Shown in pieces: positions 61,802 to 64,000 of a stretch of DNA of 64,000 nucleotides. Source of the stretch: Lama glama (lineage: Eukaryota); the NCBI GenBank assembly GCA_028534125.1, contig CM052816.1, forward strand, positions 61,010,001-61,074,000. The letters are read 5' to 3'. The notes under the pieces are model-generated. The model was not told the DNA's origin, ran no database searches, and worked only from the letters and a program-made list of their open reading frames with translations. Both the position numbers and the translations under genes were made by a program. Each line of letters opens with the position of its first letter. Positions within the stretch are counted from its first letter, which is position 1.

Positions 61802-62616
61802 TTTTAGACACTGCAATATTCAAATAAAAATAAACTTACTAAAAACATATGTATTATAACAATGTTTCAAAATGAATCATTCCAATTCAATTCTCAGTTT
61901 ACCACAGATAAATATCTTCTCCCCTACACACTCAAATGGAATGCATTTATCATTGCTTTGCTATCAAATTCTATATACAATGAATTTGAAATAAAACTCA
62001 AGCATTTTAGGACTTTACAAAATGATTCATAAAGTAACCATTTATATACTTTTGTAAGAACCATGCCTTATGAGTCTGCTCACCCTCAACAAGAAAAACT
62101 CTAACACAACAAAGATATTTAACTTCTGACTAAGCTGTTTCTTAATTAAGAACTTGACTATATGCAGTTCTGAGTAGAAAGTGGGAGTGCAAAGATATTT
62201 TCAGGTCTTCTAACCAGCCATTAACTTTCCTATAACTCTCCCACGTCAAAATTACAATCTATGCCAAACATACTTTGTTTCAATTAATATCGGTGTTTTA
62301 ATTTTTCTAAAGAGTTTATAGGTCTTATATTTGTTTAAGGTTATACATTAGAGAAGAAATTTGCTTCAATAAAATGCAGAGTTCATTTTCAATCTAATTG
62401 AAGGAAAGGTTCAATTCTGAATTAGTGAAAATTCTCAAGGCTAATTTTATTAAGAACACAATGTACGTACATAGGTTAATTCCAACTAGGCTAATGTATC
62501 AGCAAGTCTATTTCAATAAATAAGAATGACTGCTAATTAATGTTATCAATTCCTGTAAATAAATAATAGATTCTTGAGCTCAGCAGAAGACTACTAGAAT
62601 ATTAGATTACTTCTAA

Positions 62617-62855
62617 CCAGACCCAAGATCAGGTTGAAGTTAGTGAGGCAAATGCCTCAGGCACAAAATGCAAGAAGGCACCAAAAACACTGAGTAATCA
62701 AATTAAATATTTTAATGCAATAACTTTCTTAAGAAAATCAAAATCACTGAAAAGTATTCCATTAATGAACAAAATGGCTAATTTTAAAATAAAGACAGAA
62801 TCAGTATTACTTTTCTTTTGCCTCAGGCTCCAATGTGGCTATACAAGGCACTGCT
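62617..62855. mobile_element. MER96B-like hAT element
   Basis: gtgaggcaaatgcctcagg...aataaagacagaatcagtattact...tttgcctcaggctccaatgtggct...ggcactg. Confidence 0.6.
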
Positions 62856-63185
62856 TCTAACTCTTCTAGTTCAAATTATAGGATGTTCTTAAAATGTCTG
62901 ACAATATGATAAATACTTCCCTTGCAATTAAAAAAAAATCTGACTATTCTTACTCAATTACCATAAACGTTAAATTCTTTATATAAACTGTATGCTTATT
63001 CTCATTTCATCCTCATGTGTCTTTCTAAGACATGTACTATTATTATCCCTATTTTTCTACAACGAAATTGATTCTGTGCTCCTAAGTGCACATTATATAC
63101 TGCATTATATACTGCTTCTCAATATATAATGATATACTTGAACTGAGGTTCACGAAATAATTCAAATATCAATAGGTCTTAATCT

Positions 63186-63293
63186 GGGGAGTATTTATTT
63201 TATTTATTTATTTAAATGGCAGTACTGCGGACTGAACCCAGGACTTCATGCATGCTAGGCAAACACTCTGTAACAATGAGCTATACTCTCCCC
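63186..63293 (-). mobile_element. tRNA-derived SINE (Vic-1-like, more diverged)
   Basis: actgaacccaggacttcatgcatgctaggcaaacactct...gagctatactctccc aligns to the other six copies; no clear TSD. Confidence 0.82.
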
Positions 63294-63349
63294 AATCAAC
63301 AGGACTTTACTACATACTTCTCCTCTAGGGTTTACAAAAAACAAACTTC

Positions 63350-63840
63350 TGATGGGATTCAAGCCCAAAACATGGCACCTTGGCATATGGAATATTCTCA
63401 AGTGAAGGAGTCTGAGGAAACAGCAGAAGCAGGAAGGGTCACTCTGACCTCCCATGCCCTTCTCCCCTGAAACAGGTCATAAAATCCTCATGTGAAATGT
63501 GCCCTCCCTATACCAGGAGGAATCTCTGAAGATGAAGGGACAAGAATCCTAACAAACAGGCCTTACTAAATTTCCCCCAGTTTACTACAATTACTTCATA
63601 CACTTTGATCCATCATACAGTACACAACTGTCCACTCTTCACAAAACATTGCATAAAAATACTCAGGTTTAACTGTTTCTTTGGTACTTCACTTACTTAC
63701 AAAGGCTTCCTGTGTCACCTAAAACTTGTATTAAATAAATGTATATACTTTTCTCCTGTTTATCTGTCTTTGTCCATTTAATTTTCAGACCCAAGTCAAG
63801 AACCCTAGCAAGGTGAAGGGAAAATTTTTCCTTCCTTACA
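63350..63840 (+). mobile_element. Solo LTR, ERV1 class (MER34/MER39-like)
   Basis: Begins TG (63350), ends CA (63840), 491 bp; near-identical 4-bp flanks cttc/ctac; TATA-like cataaaaa and aataaa in LTR order. Confidence 0.75.
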
Positions 63841-63892
63841 CTACGATGTCAAAGATCAAATGTTTCTACCTAAAATTTTTCTGTCATGGCTA

Positions 63893-64000
63893 TGTAATGC
63901 ACAGCATATAGACTATAGTTAATAACACTGTTTGGCATATTTGAAAGTTGCTAAGAGAGTAGATCTTGAAGTTCTTACCACAAGAAAAAGAATTTTTGTT
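63893..64000 (+). mobile_element. L1MA-type 3' UTR fragment (runs off window)
   Basis: cacagcatatagactatagttaataacactgt...tttgaaagttgctaagagagtagatctt. Confidence 0.75.

Noticed and set aside
61604..61816. Upstream start giving [10 protein letters not shown]
   Set aside because: The TTG lies in the intron before the acceptor AG at 61811-61812; the real start is the ATG at 61801.
1..64000. A novel multi-gene, defence or CRISPR-like system
   Set aside because: The window is explained by one known eukaryotic gene plus mammalian repeats; there are no operons, regularly spaced repeat-spacer arrays or unexplained long ORFs.

Overview
This is AT-rich mammalian genomic DNA, not prokaryotic. The window holds the whole coding region of ERBIN (ERBB2IP; LAP-family LRR + PDZ scaffold) on the minus strand. 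I hand-spliced 23 core coding exons from ATG 61801 to TAA 2642-2644. All introns are GT-AG with continuous phase, giving 4119 nt = 1372 aa. Two more phase-0 cassette exons lie at 9635-9778 and 7017-7136, and the 3' UTR runs from 2641 toward the window start. The introns contain seven copies of a tRNA-derived SINE resembling the camelid Vic-1 family, which suggests camel/alpaca/llama. They also contain Tigger2- and hAT-type MITEs, L1/L2/MIR relics, a solo ERV1-type LTR and two N gaps. I found no evidence of a new biological system. The best leads are in the alternatively spliced zone at 5-14 kb: a candidate stop + AATAAA exon that would delete the PDZ domain, an RBFOX/QKI motif cluster, and a cassette exon whose acceptor looks shifted by one codon. 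Other leads are a SINE with an apparent 3' transduction and an unexplained ~180-bp intronic duplication. Repeat-family names and human comparisons are from memory and need database confirmation.
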